Positions 23,132 to 36,146 of a stretch of 64,000 nt of DNA are shown piece by piece (the first letter of the stretch is position 1; the number at the start of each line of letters is the position of its first letter). The DNA lies in the NCBI GenBank assembly GCA_003427395.1, contig BFEA01000038.1, positions 151,242 to 215,241 of the forward strand, written 5' to 3'. The notes under the pieces were generated by a model. That model had not been told where the DNA came from. It saw only the letters and a list, made by a program, of their open reading frames with translations, and did no database searches. Position numbers and translations under genes: made by a program. The DNA comes from Chara braunii. Taxonomy: Eukaryota; Plantae; Charophyceae.

Positions 23132-26130
23132 GTGTCTAAACTGTCGTATGGCCGACCTGTACATAGACCTCTCGTACGACGTATGGTAGACTACACTAAC
23201 ACCGGCCAGTTCTCAAAGTTGATCAACAACACCGAAGACGAGAACGAAGGTGAAGAAGACTCAACTAATGAAATAAAAACAACAATGGTGGTGAGGAAGA
23301 GAACGAAGGCAAAAATTGGGGAGATGTATCGGGAAACTAACATGTTCGAAACAAAGTTTGTTGTGATTCCTTCGACGTTTAAGCAATTGGTTGGCATCAC
23401 TACACCTTATTGATAGTTCGGTAGCAACCGAAATTAATAAGATTTTTCGAACCGCACTGATTCTAGCGTGTGTTAATGGGTAATTGAAATGGGGACGTAC
23501 TTTCATATGCTAGTCGTATCTTAGATCAAATTAATAACTCTAAATCATATGTTTATGTCTTGATCTCACAGTTTTACAAGTTTGTGTACATTGGGCAAAT
23601 GGACCGCTGTCTATTGGAGAGATGGAGAGAACATAAGTACAACATAAACAACAAATCTCACAAGAAAGTGGACAAGTGGACTTGTAAGTAGAGATAGGCA
23701 ACGTATGTCCTTATCCCTTTGTGGATGGGTCCAAAAGCGGATCTACGACAAAGGGAAAAAATGCCTACCGAATGTAAGAATCATAGGTTGAATACAATAA
23801 AGTGAAAGACGAGAAAGAGACCAAGACGCTCTAGGAGAAAGAGCAAATTCCCTCGTGATCCTAAGATAATAGGATGAAAACCGTTGATTTTCATCACTAA
23901 AAACCTGCATTTGAATCCCACCATCAATTTGAGGAAGATCTTAAGGACTGAAAAAAGCAAGTGCAGGTTTGTCGTGATACGGAACGAAAGTGAGAACAAA
24001 TCGAGTAACGAATGGTGAATAATCGCACTAGTTTACGGAGATAGCAAAATAAAATGTGATGGAATGAGTATGTTATTAAGAGATACGAACGAGTTGATTG
24101 AACAAGGTTACGAATGAACTGCGGAATGCTTGGTCAAGAATAAGTCCAATGCTGATTAAAATAAATCAGATTTACAACCGCTCTTAAGAGCACCTTAGAA
24201 ACGAAGAAACCAGAGACTGAAGGATAACAACTAACGTTTTTATATGTTAAAAAGTATCAAATGCATTGACACACAAAAAGGATGACGAATCATGAGAGGG
24301 ATCATCACCAGAGAATTAAAGAGGAGAATAGGGGTTAATCTGAAAATAAGATTAACTATAAACTGGCATATTGTTGCTCGTTGGATAAGAAAGACATCAG
24401 GAAAGAATTCGGGGATTGGCGGAGGAAGGACATGTCGTTGACAGACATTGTCGACCTGCTACAGAAGAAGCTGGAAGTGGTTTGGACTAAGGCTAGATCA
24501 GTGACTCAAATGCTGCATAATAACACGAGGTACGCAAAAGTTTATTGCGATTGCGTATGCGGTGATTTTTACTTTCCCAAAACGGTCATGTTCGGGTTCG
24601 ACTAAGTGAGGTTGATGGTGTGCACCTTTTCTTGTTCGCACCCTTTGAGGATAAATGACTTACATAAACTATTTGCTGCTTGTAAACTAGTTGCAGAACC
24701 ACTCAGAAAGGTTGGATTTTGCCCGAACAAGCTGAGGTTTAATCCTGCAAAAATCAGCAGAATTGGCCCACCATTAAATGATGGGTGTGTACTCAGCAAA
24801 TATTTGAAAGAGGTCAAAGGGGCATTTGAGGGATTGGTGATGACACAAGTGGATAAAAATCATGGAGAAACGTTAATAAAGTGCCCGGTGTTATACCGTG
24901 AAGGCATGAGAAAAACATTCAATGAATGCCCACAATATAAGAAATGCGAAGAGATGAAAATTATTTTACTAAAACAAATGAAAGTGAAATACAAGGAAAA
25001 AAAATTGAAAAAAATGGTAAAAAGGAACCAGGATGGTTACATGAAACATACTTTCATTATGCGTCAAGACAATGACTTGAATAACAAGCAACCTATCTAC
25101 CCTGTATATCTAAGATCTACCAGGTCTCCATCGACAACCCTGATCAAAGTTCTTAACATGTTAATTCAGATCACAAAAAATGTGACATTTTAACATAGCA
25201 GTTACAAATAAATTCAGAGATGGATTGAGCGATGCTAATACGAGAATCCAATAAAAAAAGGCAGAGACATTTGTCTTAATGAGAACTTAAGACATAAAGA
25301 AAATTTTCACACATATTTTGTACCAAGGTCTCGAAAACGTTGTGCATTGAATATTTGAAAAACAAAGAGCAAAAGTGAAACATCGAGTTAAGGTTAAAGT
25401 AAAAGAGAAAGGTACACGTATGAAAAAATCAGTTGGAGAAGGAAGATGAAAGTTAATCAAGCTAAGCGATCTACTAAGACTGACTCGATTATTACTAAGA
25501 AATAAATTTTTCCGATGATTGAATAAGATCTTGCAACAGACAAAAAAAGTATCCTTATAGGAGAACATACAAGTTCAACACTCGCTTGCCTAGTATGCAT
25601 GAAAAGAGGGAACAAGTTTCATGAGACCCTCGGATCTCGGAGGAAATTGATATTCGAAAAACGATTTATTGACGAACTTTTCATTATGACGTAGTTCAAC
25701 AAGGACAAAACAAAAAAAATAAAAAAATATTTAAAAAAAAATACGATCAACAAAATCACTAGGTGCTTAGATGAGGACTTGGTGCTAGAGAGAACTCACG
25801 GCGTTGAAAACACTACCAAATTTTCGGGGGAAAAAATTATTCTAACAAATGAAGCACTGGAAGTTGTGTCTATTCGCAAATTCAAGAATGACAAAATAAT
25901 TTAGAAAAGGGAATAATCAAGATATTGAACCACGAAAGAATTCGTACCATTCGGAGTAAGATACCAGAAACTAACAACAGTTGTAGGACTATCTACCGGA
26001 TTAAAGCAAATACTTTTGTAAATGCTTTGTTGCCCATAATGTTGATGGCCTCTCATAGGGAATTGAGCATTTTGGGTTATCTGAGCACAGTGTTTGTAAC
26101 GACTTAGAAAGGGCGGGAAGGTGAGACTCC
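23132..26130 (+). pseudogene. Penelope-like retroelement 1 (N-terminal GIY-YIG plus RT; Chlamys/Naiad type), heavily decayed; its N-terminal part probably extends back to ~20000
   Basis: 23548-23634 translates YVYVLISQFYKFVYIGQMDRCLLERWREH (GIY-YIG). GLVMTQVDKNHGETLIKCPVLY matches PLE2. RT motif remnants are DIKKIFTHI, ILIGEHTSSTLACLVC and RFIDEL. Confidence 0.8.
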
Positions 26131-26220
26131 GATATGCTAAACTTTTTGAGAGGTTATATATGTAAAACATTGTGGAGTAAAGGGTCCCTAGTATATGGAC
26201 AAATATATATACATTGTTAT

Positions 26221-27050
26221 CAGGCCAAACGTTCGGGGGCCCCCGGGCAGACCCTCGAACATTCGGGCGTTCAGGGTCCCGTTCGGGGGTTGAACCTGAA
26301 GGGGTTTGGCCCCCGCAAAAAATAATTTTTAGGCTTAATTTTTTTTTTAATATTTTTTTGTAAATTTTTTAAGACATGCGCTACATGCATATAAATTTTC
26401 AAGGCATTTTGCTAAGCCAAACAAAAATGAAAAATCGTCAAAGATGGTGGTGTTAAAATGTGCTCGACTACTCAGGGTTTTTTTTTCACATTTCACTTTT
26501 TGTTGTGATTTTATTTTGATGCCTCAAGTGTTTTAGTAGTTTTTGAAACTTTTTGCATGAGTTTTATATTATGTGAAGTACACATATGTAAAGTTACAGT
26601 GCATTTGGCTGTCCCAAAAAAAAAATAAAAAAATCGTCAAAGATGTGGCGTCGAGAATGAACTTCCACACTCACTAATTTTAATTCTCTAATTTGTATTT
26701 TTATTTTTTTTATTAATATTTTTTTTTCTTTTTTTATTTGTATTTCAAATTTGGCAAGGATTTTGGATGTAATGCTCAGGCAAATATTGTTCAGATTATT
26801 TTTCTGCATAACATATGTTTTTGCATAGTTTTTTTTTTTTTTTTTTTTTTTNNNNNNNNNNNNNNNNNNNNNNNNNNNNNNNTTTTTTTTTTTTTTTTTT
26901 TTTTTATAACATTTTTTTTTGCATAGTTTTTTTTTTTTTTTTTTTTTTTGTCTTTATTCGGCTCGAATAGCCGTTCGCATTCCCAAGGGGTCCCGTACTT
27001 TGGGCATTCGGGTTCGGGCGTTTGGCCCGTCACGAATGTCGGCCACCCTG
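26221..27050. mobile_element. hAT-like non-autonomous element inserted in the repeat downstream of PLE1
   Basis: The right end reads CAGGGTGGCCGACATTCG on the minus strand and the left end CAGGCCAAACGTTCGG, with TTCGGG subterminal repeats at both ends. It interrupts the 18990-19380-like repeat. Confidence 0.45.
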
Positions 27051-30000
27051 TATATATATACATATATATGTGGCTCTACTGGTTTCACAACTTTATAAAA
27101 CATGCGGCTACATGAAAAATCGACGAAAGAGACAAAAAAAAGTACACGCTGGAGGAATTGTGTGTCCACAAGAGCGATGGGAACACGCAATAAATTTCAT
27201 TGAACAGGATATCTTGTACTGGGAATCTTTGAATCTTAGATAAGTATTGGTGCGAATGCGATACCTGACCAATTTGATGACTTCAATAGTTGGTTATGAC
27301 CACAATCGTATGACCACAATCGTAACCAACTCTTATAGAGCAAGTTTGAAGAATTACTGAAGTGTTTTTAGTGTCTGTGTTGAATCATCGCCTCGTGTTC
27401 AATAACCCACTATGGTTATACTTTGTGTGTCTACGCGGTTCATTTTAACGAAGTGCGAGAGTTTAATGAGTCAGACTGAGCGAAAATGAAGATCCCCTTG
27501 AGTTTGTTTGTTAACTTTATTTTGGTGGAACGATAGAGTTCCAGGTAGAAGGGTTAGTGACATTAGTGTGTTGCTTCTAGTGTGCTTGACAACTCACCAC
27601 CGCTCTAATTCTGTTTTACCCTTAGTGTCATCTTGCCCTGCCCTATTTGAGGCACAACAATGTGCAGAAAATGACAGAGTGCTTAGTTTGCTTTAGTGCT
27701 CATTATGAGACCAACCCCTTAATGCGCACTCTAACCGACGCTTCAGCATCGAATGTGATCCCACATTTTAGAAAGCATCTCATGGTTATGGACACCACAT
27801 AATATGCCCGACCGCTTACTTATTCATGCATAGCTAGTCGATATGACGAGGCTCAACAACGCTACACTATTTATTCAAAGTCTAGCATGTGACACCTGTG
27901 TGTTCAAGCATCGAAGGAGTTCTGGGTTGGACTGAAAATAGGTCATTGGTTTCACTTTGTAAAAGTATTGCGTGGTTAGATTGGTCGTTCGATCGATGCA
28001 AGATCACGCTTGAGAGATAAGCGTTTCAAACAACAGTTCGTGTTCAGGTTCAATTTGGAAGTTAACCGCTCGTATCCCATATGCTACAGCGAATAAGAAA
28101 CGCCCTCGGATGATGACAACTCTCATAGGTGAAGGTAAATTGCACTTCACGTGACCCTATCTTGCTGTAGGCGTAGGTGAGAGGTATGGTTGGCACTCGA
28201 CCGGAGCGACACCGCTCGGTTAGAAGTCCTACTACTCATACTACTCATACTCCTACTTCACGCGACCCTATCTTGCTGTGACGTTGCCGAGAGGCTCTCC
28301 CTGCGGGACCGATGCACTCGACAACACACGCCCCAAAGTTCACGCCCACATACTACTCTTTACTTTCCTACAAGCATTTGTACTCGCTATCGACCACTAA
28401 GAAAAACGACTGCAACTCACTCGGCGCTTTCAATTTCCAATTCAAATTTTATCTTTGTCGCTGTTCAAAACAAGGGAAGATACCCTTATCAGGGAATTCA
28501 CGCCGACAATGATATCATCATCGGGGTAATCCGAATACTATTCATCCAACCTAAATAATTTATTTTTGTGTTACCCTTGAAAGTCGAAGCATGATGTGCG
28601 GAAATATCCTGTATCTTCAAAAAACCAAATCGCTTGTTTGTAGACGTCATCCAACGATAATTCTCGAAAACCTCCTCATCTTGTTTGGATACAAGTACAA
28701 GGCACAACCATGAAGCTCGTATGGAAGGTGTGTCACATTTGCATGGAAGTCTGCCCACAAAAAACCCACGAGAGACTTCTACCCATCTGATAAAACCGGT
28801 CCAATGGGTAAGTGTGCCATTAAATAATAACAAAGATCCCCTCCACTTGCATGATCATCTCAACGTCGGATGTAGCCCGCATCTGAAGCTACCTCGATAA
28901 CGTGAGGTTCCACCAAACGTTAACCATACATCTATAAAAAAAAAACACATCACCCGCTGATAAACTCCTTGAGGCGATGTTATTCTCTTTCAAATTCCTC
29001 AATAATGAACATGTCGCTTCCGAAACGTTGAAACCTGTTTGCCTGTTTTCGACAATATTGTTGGACGAAAAAAAACGGACCATGTCGTTCATTGTAGCGC
29101 AAAAATATCGTTAAATAAAACCATTGTATCTCTGGGGTAGCTCCGGCATATGACGAACATTCCGCTCGGAACAACTAAAAGGTGCGAGATGCCATCTCTC
29201 CTCCGTGGCACAAAGTCATAATAAATAATGTACCTAGTGGCATGAGTCCGGAAGAGATAACTACGTGACCAGTTTCTCAAGCTACCTCTTCAAAATTGTG
29301 GCATATCCCTCATGGGAAACACAACAGACGATGGATAAACCAATTGTCCAGTTTGCACTAGGTTTGTTCGTCGTTTTTATGAGTTTGGCAACCACTCGTT
29401 GGCCGCCTCGCGCATGTCGAAAAACACGACAATCGTCAAGGCGTTCGACATCTGGGTCCAATCCTATCAGCAAAAAAAAAATCAAATAACATAAGTTACT
29501 AAATTTCTCCTATGGAGACATTATAGTGTTACATATCTATCTCGGGGCTCGCGCTGCTTATGGCACAGGTTTTCCATGGAAGCGGCGCCTTCTTGCGTCT
29601 CACTCAAAGGCTAGTTCATAAAAGGCTAAGCATCTTCTGACCGCAGTCTTCTAAACGGTGGTGGTACCTAAAGCGGCCACTCTAAGCTTTCCTTTGGTGA
29701 GAGAAGACGGGGACAAGCGGGGCCGCCTTTGGTTGGAGTGAGTTCTCGCTCCGAGAAGGGTCTGGGTCGGGGGTTAGTTGCTTTTTAAGTCGACATCATT
29801 AAGGGCTCGAGGTGTGGGTCCGCTCTCATAGACCCAATTTTTCGTGATAGGTACTCTGCTGACTCGGTGATGGCGGCCCGAACTCCGAGATCTAGGCTTC
29901 ATACTCAAACAAGGGGAAGGGTACCTCAACCTACCTCATAGGGAAAAGGGTTACGAACGCTATGGGATGCTTTAACTACCCTTATAGTCTTGATCAAAAG

Positions 30001-33000
30001 AGAGCTCAATTGACAAATTAGAGGCGAGGAAAAAGGTCCATTTAGACAGGGCACAAATAAGAGTGGGCCGTACGGGATAGAATGGGGCACCTTGAGAAAA
30101 AATCTAGGCACAATTGACTTTCCCTTCTTTTGTTATTGCATGTTCCTTTTCAGATCCCACTTAAGTTAAACCATCCTTGGACACAAATGCATTCAACAAA
30201 CATGCACTCAAGAGATAAGGTGAGAGGAAATTCATTCAAAACACCCAAACATACGTAGCCAGTTCTCCTTGTACCGCAATCTTTTTACCTACCTGCATAC
30301 TAAAAAACTATCAAACGAGTCTAGAAAATCCAGCAACCCATACTTCCGCTAGACCCCCACTTTTCACATAAATGATTATACAATTGAACAAAGTATGGGC
30401 TCACATAGCCGTGAAAGGAGGTCCGAGACAACCAACTGATCTTGAATGTGGTGCCGAATGCGCCCAAACTCACTCAAGAAAGCCAAGTAGAAAAATATAT
30501 CTGCCGCCAAAGAAAAACCGCAGTCCCAACGTAAGTCCCAAGCCAACGAATAGCCTCAATCCACCTTCAACTAATGGGCCTCACACACTGTAAATCCAAG
30601 TGTGAAGACGGCGAGCCGCACACGTTTCAAAAAAATATCCATGCGTCTCTCATCAGTCCCAATTGGTCCTGCATTACCGTCCACGACACTAGGTGACTTC
30701 AGCCATTAAATTCACTTGAGTTCCGTAAAAAAGAAACAAAAATTGTTGTCCCTGATGCAGAAAATCACACGCACCACAAACCCCAAATCTTTGTGTCGTT
30801 TACACATGTACCACTTGGTCCCGTAGGCCCGTGTGTTGTGTCTCGCATTCCCAAAATAAATATAATAAAGTTGTTGCACACGTCCCAGCCTCTTCACGAG
30901 TGCCAAGGCAGCACAATCCAACACACGCACCACCGAACTGCACCAAAGTTGCAACTGCACTCCCCAAAATAAAAACCCAGCAGTCCCAACCAGCTCCACG
31001 ACCAATGACTGGAATAAAATCCACTTAGCAACCTTGCTGACGCGCACCGTGTACCAAGNAAAAGAAACTAAACCTGCATGGTACCGCCACTATCCCTTGC
31101 TCTAACCAGCAACGAGTTTCCACACAAAAATTGGAGGTGTTGTCCGTTTTACGACATATTTTACGGCAAAAAAATCGGAGGTGTTGTCCGTTTCACAACA
31201 CAATGTTTTAAGCAACAATATCAACAACATAATACCGAAAAATAAAAATCACCGACACCGCAAGATGTCGGCAGCATAACCCCACCGAACGGGGTGCATC
31301 TTGTCGCAACGTAATTCCAGCGCCTCCTTGAGGAAACTCCTACTGACGCCGGTGACGAAAAGCACCATAGAATTAATAAAACTTCAGACCTGGGAAAATC
31401 CTGGTCCATTCTTTAACTCTAGAATATCAACCTGGTCCGACAGAATGAACCCAAGAAGATTCCCAGAGGTTCAGCGCCAGCCTGAGGTTGGCGCAGATTG
31501 CTCCCAACCTTGGCCATGACTGCCTTTCTCCTCTAACCTCTCCTCGGCAGACCTCCAACTCATTCAACACTTCTCAATCAGCATCACCAACAACACCATC
31601 AACACTCAAGTGTGTTGTCATACACTTGCAGCATGAGTGCTTTGTGTGGCAGTTGGGGGACAATTGCCTCTTTTATACTCGTTAGAGATGTGTTGGTCGT
31701 TACCCCAACCCCCATGCAAAATTGCAGGGTGAGCCTAGACCCTTGATCTGTAGTAAGATCAAGAGTTTATTGTGGATGCACGACGTGCATACACTTAGTG
31801 GTGCAGTTTTCTCAACTACCCTGTTTTTTTTTCTTTTCTTTATTCAGACTATCTCAAAATTCCACGAGATAACTGAATTTATGAGATTTTCAAAACAGTT
31901 TTTCTTTGATTTTTTTGGTAAGGGGTTGAAGAGTTATAACCCCTTATAATTTACGCACTTGGGCACCTTCCGCAAGGCAGATACATCGTGGAAAAGGTTG
32001 CACTTAGCCTTTTCCTTATATGACCTTTAAATTTTCAGGCTTCCTCTAAAAACGGGAGTCTTACACCTCGTGAGGACAAGCGTCCTCACGAAGATATTGC
32101 AAAAACAAAGGAAAAACAACAAAAATAAAAAAAACAAACCCAACCCCTAAACTGCATTGAGCCTGACCTTTATTATGGTTATGTACATGCTGTTAAATCT
32201 AACAGCATCCCATCTTTTACTTTGTCAGCTCTTCAAAACGGGGAAGGTAGTTAGCAGTTTGAGAGAGGTAGGTCCTCCCTCTTCCTAACTCTCTTTCTCT
32301 CTCTCTTTCCAACTTGCTTCAGCTTCCCTCTTTCTCACGCGCGTTGATCTGAGCCATAAGATTAACGATCATGTGGCCACTAATGTCGCGCATTGTCGAA
32401 GGCAGGAAACTGCGTGGTTTCACCAGCCTTTGAAAATTGAGAAGGTTGTGTATGAGGTACCATCACCTCGTTTTCTCACTTCCTTTTTTTTTTTTTTTTA
32501 ATGGTTGCGCGTCGGTGCGACTCATTTCCCGCTACATCGCCTGTTGCCTGCTTCTTTTTATCCAGGAACCACAACGGCCTAATCTTCACTAAAAATGAAG
32601 CGAAGGGAGTGAGAAATAACAAAAATAAGAACAAGCTTACATGAAGGTGAACTTACTGCAATCGCCATCAGGATGGGTCCTAAATCCAACCCCTGTTGCA
32701 ACCCGTTCTCTAAAATGAATGGTGAAGATCCAACCAATCCATGGGTTGGATGAGAATGAATCTTCTGCTAAAACATGAAAGATACATTGCCATAGTTTTT
32801 GTCTTTTTGTATGCAGAGAGTGGAGGGGCACCCGCTGCTCTAAAAATGGTGCCTGCTTCTCTTCCAAAATGTGAGGGGAATGGACTTTATGTATTTAAAA
32901 AAAAAAACTTACTTGAAATTGCAAGGGCAACCCATGAAAACAGACGTTATTTTCCACTTCTAAAAAACTCTTCCTCTTCTAACTGCGTCACTTAGGGCTT

Positions 33001-35204
33001 TGAGTTTGTTTGTAGTTTTTTTTTTTTTTTTTTTCCGTTGGTTTGAGCTTAAGTCTTACGACACGTTTCATCCTCCCCTATGCCCTTGTGGCGCTTTAAG
33101 GAAACTATTGAAATATAGACTTGAGTTTGATTTCCTTTGGAATCAAACTTATGTTTGTTTGTTTTTTTTGACTTTTTTTTCTGATTTATGTGTGTCATCC
33201 TTGGAGAGAGGCCATGCTCTTGTAGGCGTAGTTGACCTTGGCCGCGCCTGACTTTGGCCTTTACCTTTCCCTCACGGACCGCTTCGACGAAAATGAGTTA
33301 TTGCCCAGTAGGGCGCTTTTGATCTCGATCCTGGTATCCGGAGGGTGTAGTGTGATGTGTTTGCCTAATAGGCTAGCTCCTGTTTCACCATAAACAGAAC
33401 AACTTTTCAATATGAAGAGCCTTGTCCCCAGCGGGTACCCAGCCTATGGCCTAGCAGGCTCAGCCTGCTCCTGCCACTCAAAAGGTCGGCCACCCATCCC
33501 CGGATCAAGCGCGTGTCCAGCCTAATAGACTAGGACGCAGACCCTTCACCACTTCGACGCGACTTCAGGCCCCGACGACGGTAATTCTTGGAACGAATGA
33601 CTCTATTAAAGTCACAATTTCAAATAGAATAGGTTTTAGATTTAGTCCGGGTTGCACAACATACGTGTACGCAGGTTGCGCATACACGCGTACACGTATT
33701 CCTCTACGCGACACATACGCGCGTACACGTACTCTCGTACGTGTGAATACGTAAAAAAAAAAAAAAAAAAACCGTAATGGGAAAAGTCTGAAACAACTTA
33801 TGTCATGCAAAATGATATTTCTGTAACGTAGCAAAGAGGATCCGATCGAAACGTAGGCTCGTTGCAAAATTCTATACCAAACTCAAGTGAAAAGTCAAAG
33901 ACACAAAAAAAGAATAAATAAATAAAAAAAAGGAAAAAAACGAAAAAAAACAGAAAAAAACAAAAACAAACTTCGATAACAAATACATGTTATGCAGAAA
34001 TATGATACAACCAACTTTTGTCCGGGGGCGTGGTCCCATTAGCAAAGAGGATCCGATCGAATGTCCGAATCTGGACAAGGTTATGGAGATGTGCAGAAAA
34101 TCGAGATTGAACTGCTCTTCTGCATCTCTGCATAAAACACGTTCAGATTCAGGAGCTCGATCCTATCCTTCTTGTTAGTGGGACCTCGGCCTGGGAGTCA
34201 TCCCCGAATTCCCAATCAAACTCAAGTAAGAAATTAAAAACTTAAAAAAAAGCTAATATTATCATAATAATTTAAAAACTCTTTAAAAATATTTTTTCTT
34301 TATTATTATTAATTTGAAGTTTTCTTTAAACCACCACTACCTTTCCCAAGCAAACTCAAAGTGCATCTAGTAGTCTACTCCAGAAAACACGGGGTTCGGG
34401 GCAGGGTTGGAGGCCGACGAAAAAAAAAAGAACAAAAAAAAAAAAAAACAAGAAAGAAAACGAAGAGCCCCCACTCCAGGGATGTCGGGAAAGGCCCTCA
34501 CAAGGGTGGAAGTTGTACCAGTGCTTGGAGGAATGTATCTAGCTACTATGTTGGAAAAGGGATCGCAGGTCGTTTTTCTTTTCTTTTTGTTTTGATGTTA
34601 TATGTGCCACCAGAACCATTCCTAACAGTCCAAGCCATTACTCGCTGACTAAGGGTTTCTGCTCCGACACCGAAGACCAACCAAGTGGCGTTAGATAATC
34701 ATTCCAATGGGTGGATTGGTCTGGCCAGGTTCGACTGTGGGGCTAGGCAAGAAATCTGAATGTTGGCGTAGGGGATGTATCGACTTCCGTTGCCCAGCAG
34801 CAAGCGTGTCATGGTCTTAAGGCGCAGGGCTTTTAACTGGTCCTCAGGTTCTGCAGAGGTTAAACCATCTTTTCTTCTCGGTTTGGCCACGTGCTTCAAG
34901 GCAACAATTGCAGAGGCCTTTCTCATCCTCGTGGTCATTTTTCCATAAGTACGTTGTGGCCCCCTCTTAAAGCCTTTTTTGGAGTTGTTTGGGTGGTACG
35001 TGCCAGAATTAACCTTATACCACACGGTTGAAAATATGGAGTTACAAAAGGCCAGGGATCGTCAAACAATAGAGGCATGAAAGCCTGTAAGTTACAAGTT
35101 GCATAACTGCACCGCGACATGAGGGACCTAGCAACTCTCCACGGATTGGCACATGCGAAAAAGACAGCATGTTCATCCACCAAGAAGAAGAGAGGTGGGA
35201 CTTA

Positions 35205-35368
35205 AACCACCAGTACATTTCCCATATGTCGGCTGAGGGCATTGCGCACCGGCCCGAAAATCAAGACTGGCCGCCGATTCGATTTATCAGCGGCTGCCCT
35301 TCCGTGTCAGGCCCGCGCATTACCCGTCGAGCCTCTGAAAAAATGGCTGGGAAATGGTACTGGTGATT
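35205..35368. mobile_element. MITE, AACCACCAGTAC-terminus family (TA flanks)
   Basis: TA|AACCACCAGTAC ... GTACTGGTGATT|TA. Confidence 0.7.
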
Positions 35369-35554
35369 TAAAAACATTTTCAAGAGAACAAAACAGTCAC
35401 CGGCCTTGTTTGCGGCAGGACATGAACAAACACAGAAGAAACAATTGGGAACAGTTAGAGGTGATGGATGTCATTGACAGGAGGTTACAACGTGGCTTGT
35501 CCGAGGGCTCTTCGAAAAAAAAAAAAAAAAAAAAAAAGAACGTGACATGTATCA

Positions 35555-35627
35555 TTCTATATGGGATGCTGGGCCCCATTCCCAGCACATGTTGCTCCCC
35601 ACGAATAGANNNNNNNNNNNNNNNNNN

Positions 35628-35665
<38 letters not shown>

Positions 35666-35989
35666 GTCCTTTTCAGTTGTAAAGTGCAGGAGCTTGTAAC
35701 AAAAGCACTGGGCAAGCAAATCTTATGACCATAACAATTGCCATAATATACGGAGCACCACCCCCCTGGGCCCCTCAACTGCCTGGTGTTTTCCTTGTCT
35801 TCGCCTTGGGGGTAGCCCCCCTTCCCTGCCACAACATTCTCTCATATCACCTTCCCTTGTGCACATTCATGAATGCCAGACCACCCCTCCCCCCTCTTAA
35901 TTTTTTTGTTTTTTCAATTGGAACAAGGCTCCAATCTATTCGTGGGGAGCAGCACGTGATGCGAACCGGGCCCAGCGTCCCATATGGAA
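35555..35989. mobile_element. MITE with ~55-bp terminal inverted repeats
   Basis: TTCTATATGGGATGCTGGGCCC...CTCCCCACGAATAG is inverted at 35936-35989. Related half copies lie near 940-990 and 40860-40890. Confidence 0.7.
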
Positions 35990-36098
35990 CTTTACATAGA
36001 CTTTGAAAATTGAGATACCGGGGCCATTACGCGGCACCACCCCTCCCCCCTCAATTGCACATTATTTGTCTTCAACGCTCATGAATGTCTGAAAGAAG

Positions 36099-36146
36099 AA
36101 AATTGGGACAGTACAAAGTAAATTAGCATGGCCCCTGTGCAAGGGG
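36099..36146 (+). pseudogene. U6 snRNA fragment
   Basis: AAAATTGGGACAGTACAAAGTAAATTAGCATGGCCCCTGTGCAAGG versus U6 AAAATTGGAACGATACAGAGAAGATTAGCATGGCCCCTGCGCAAGG. The ACAGAGA box is mutated. Confidence 0.75.

Noticed and set aside
27400-33500. LTR-end-like motifs (GTGTTACA near 29533, GGGAGTCTTACA near 32064)
   Set aside because: No matching partner terminus, TSD, PBS or coding remnant could be established by eye; probably old LTR debris.
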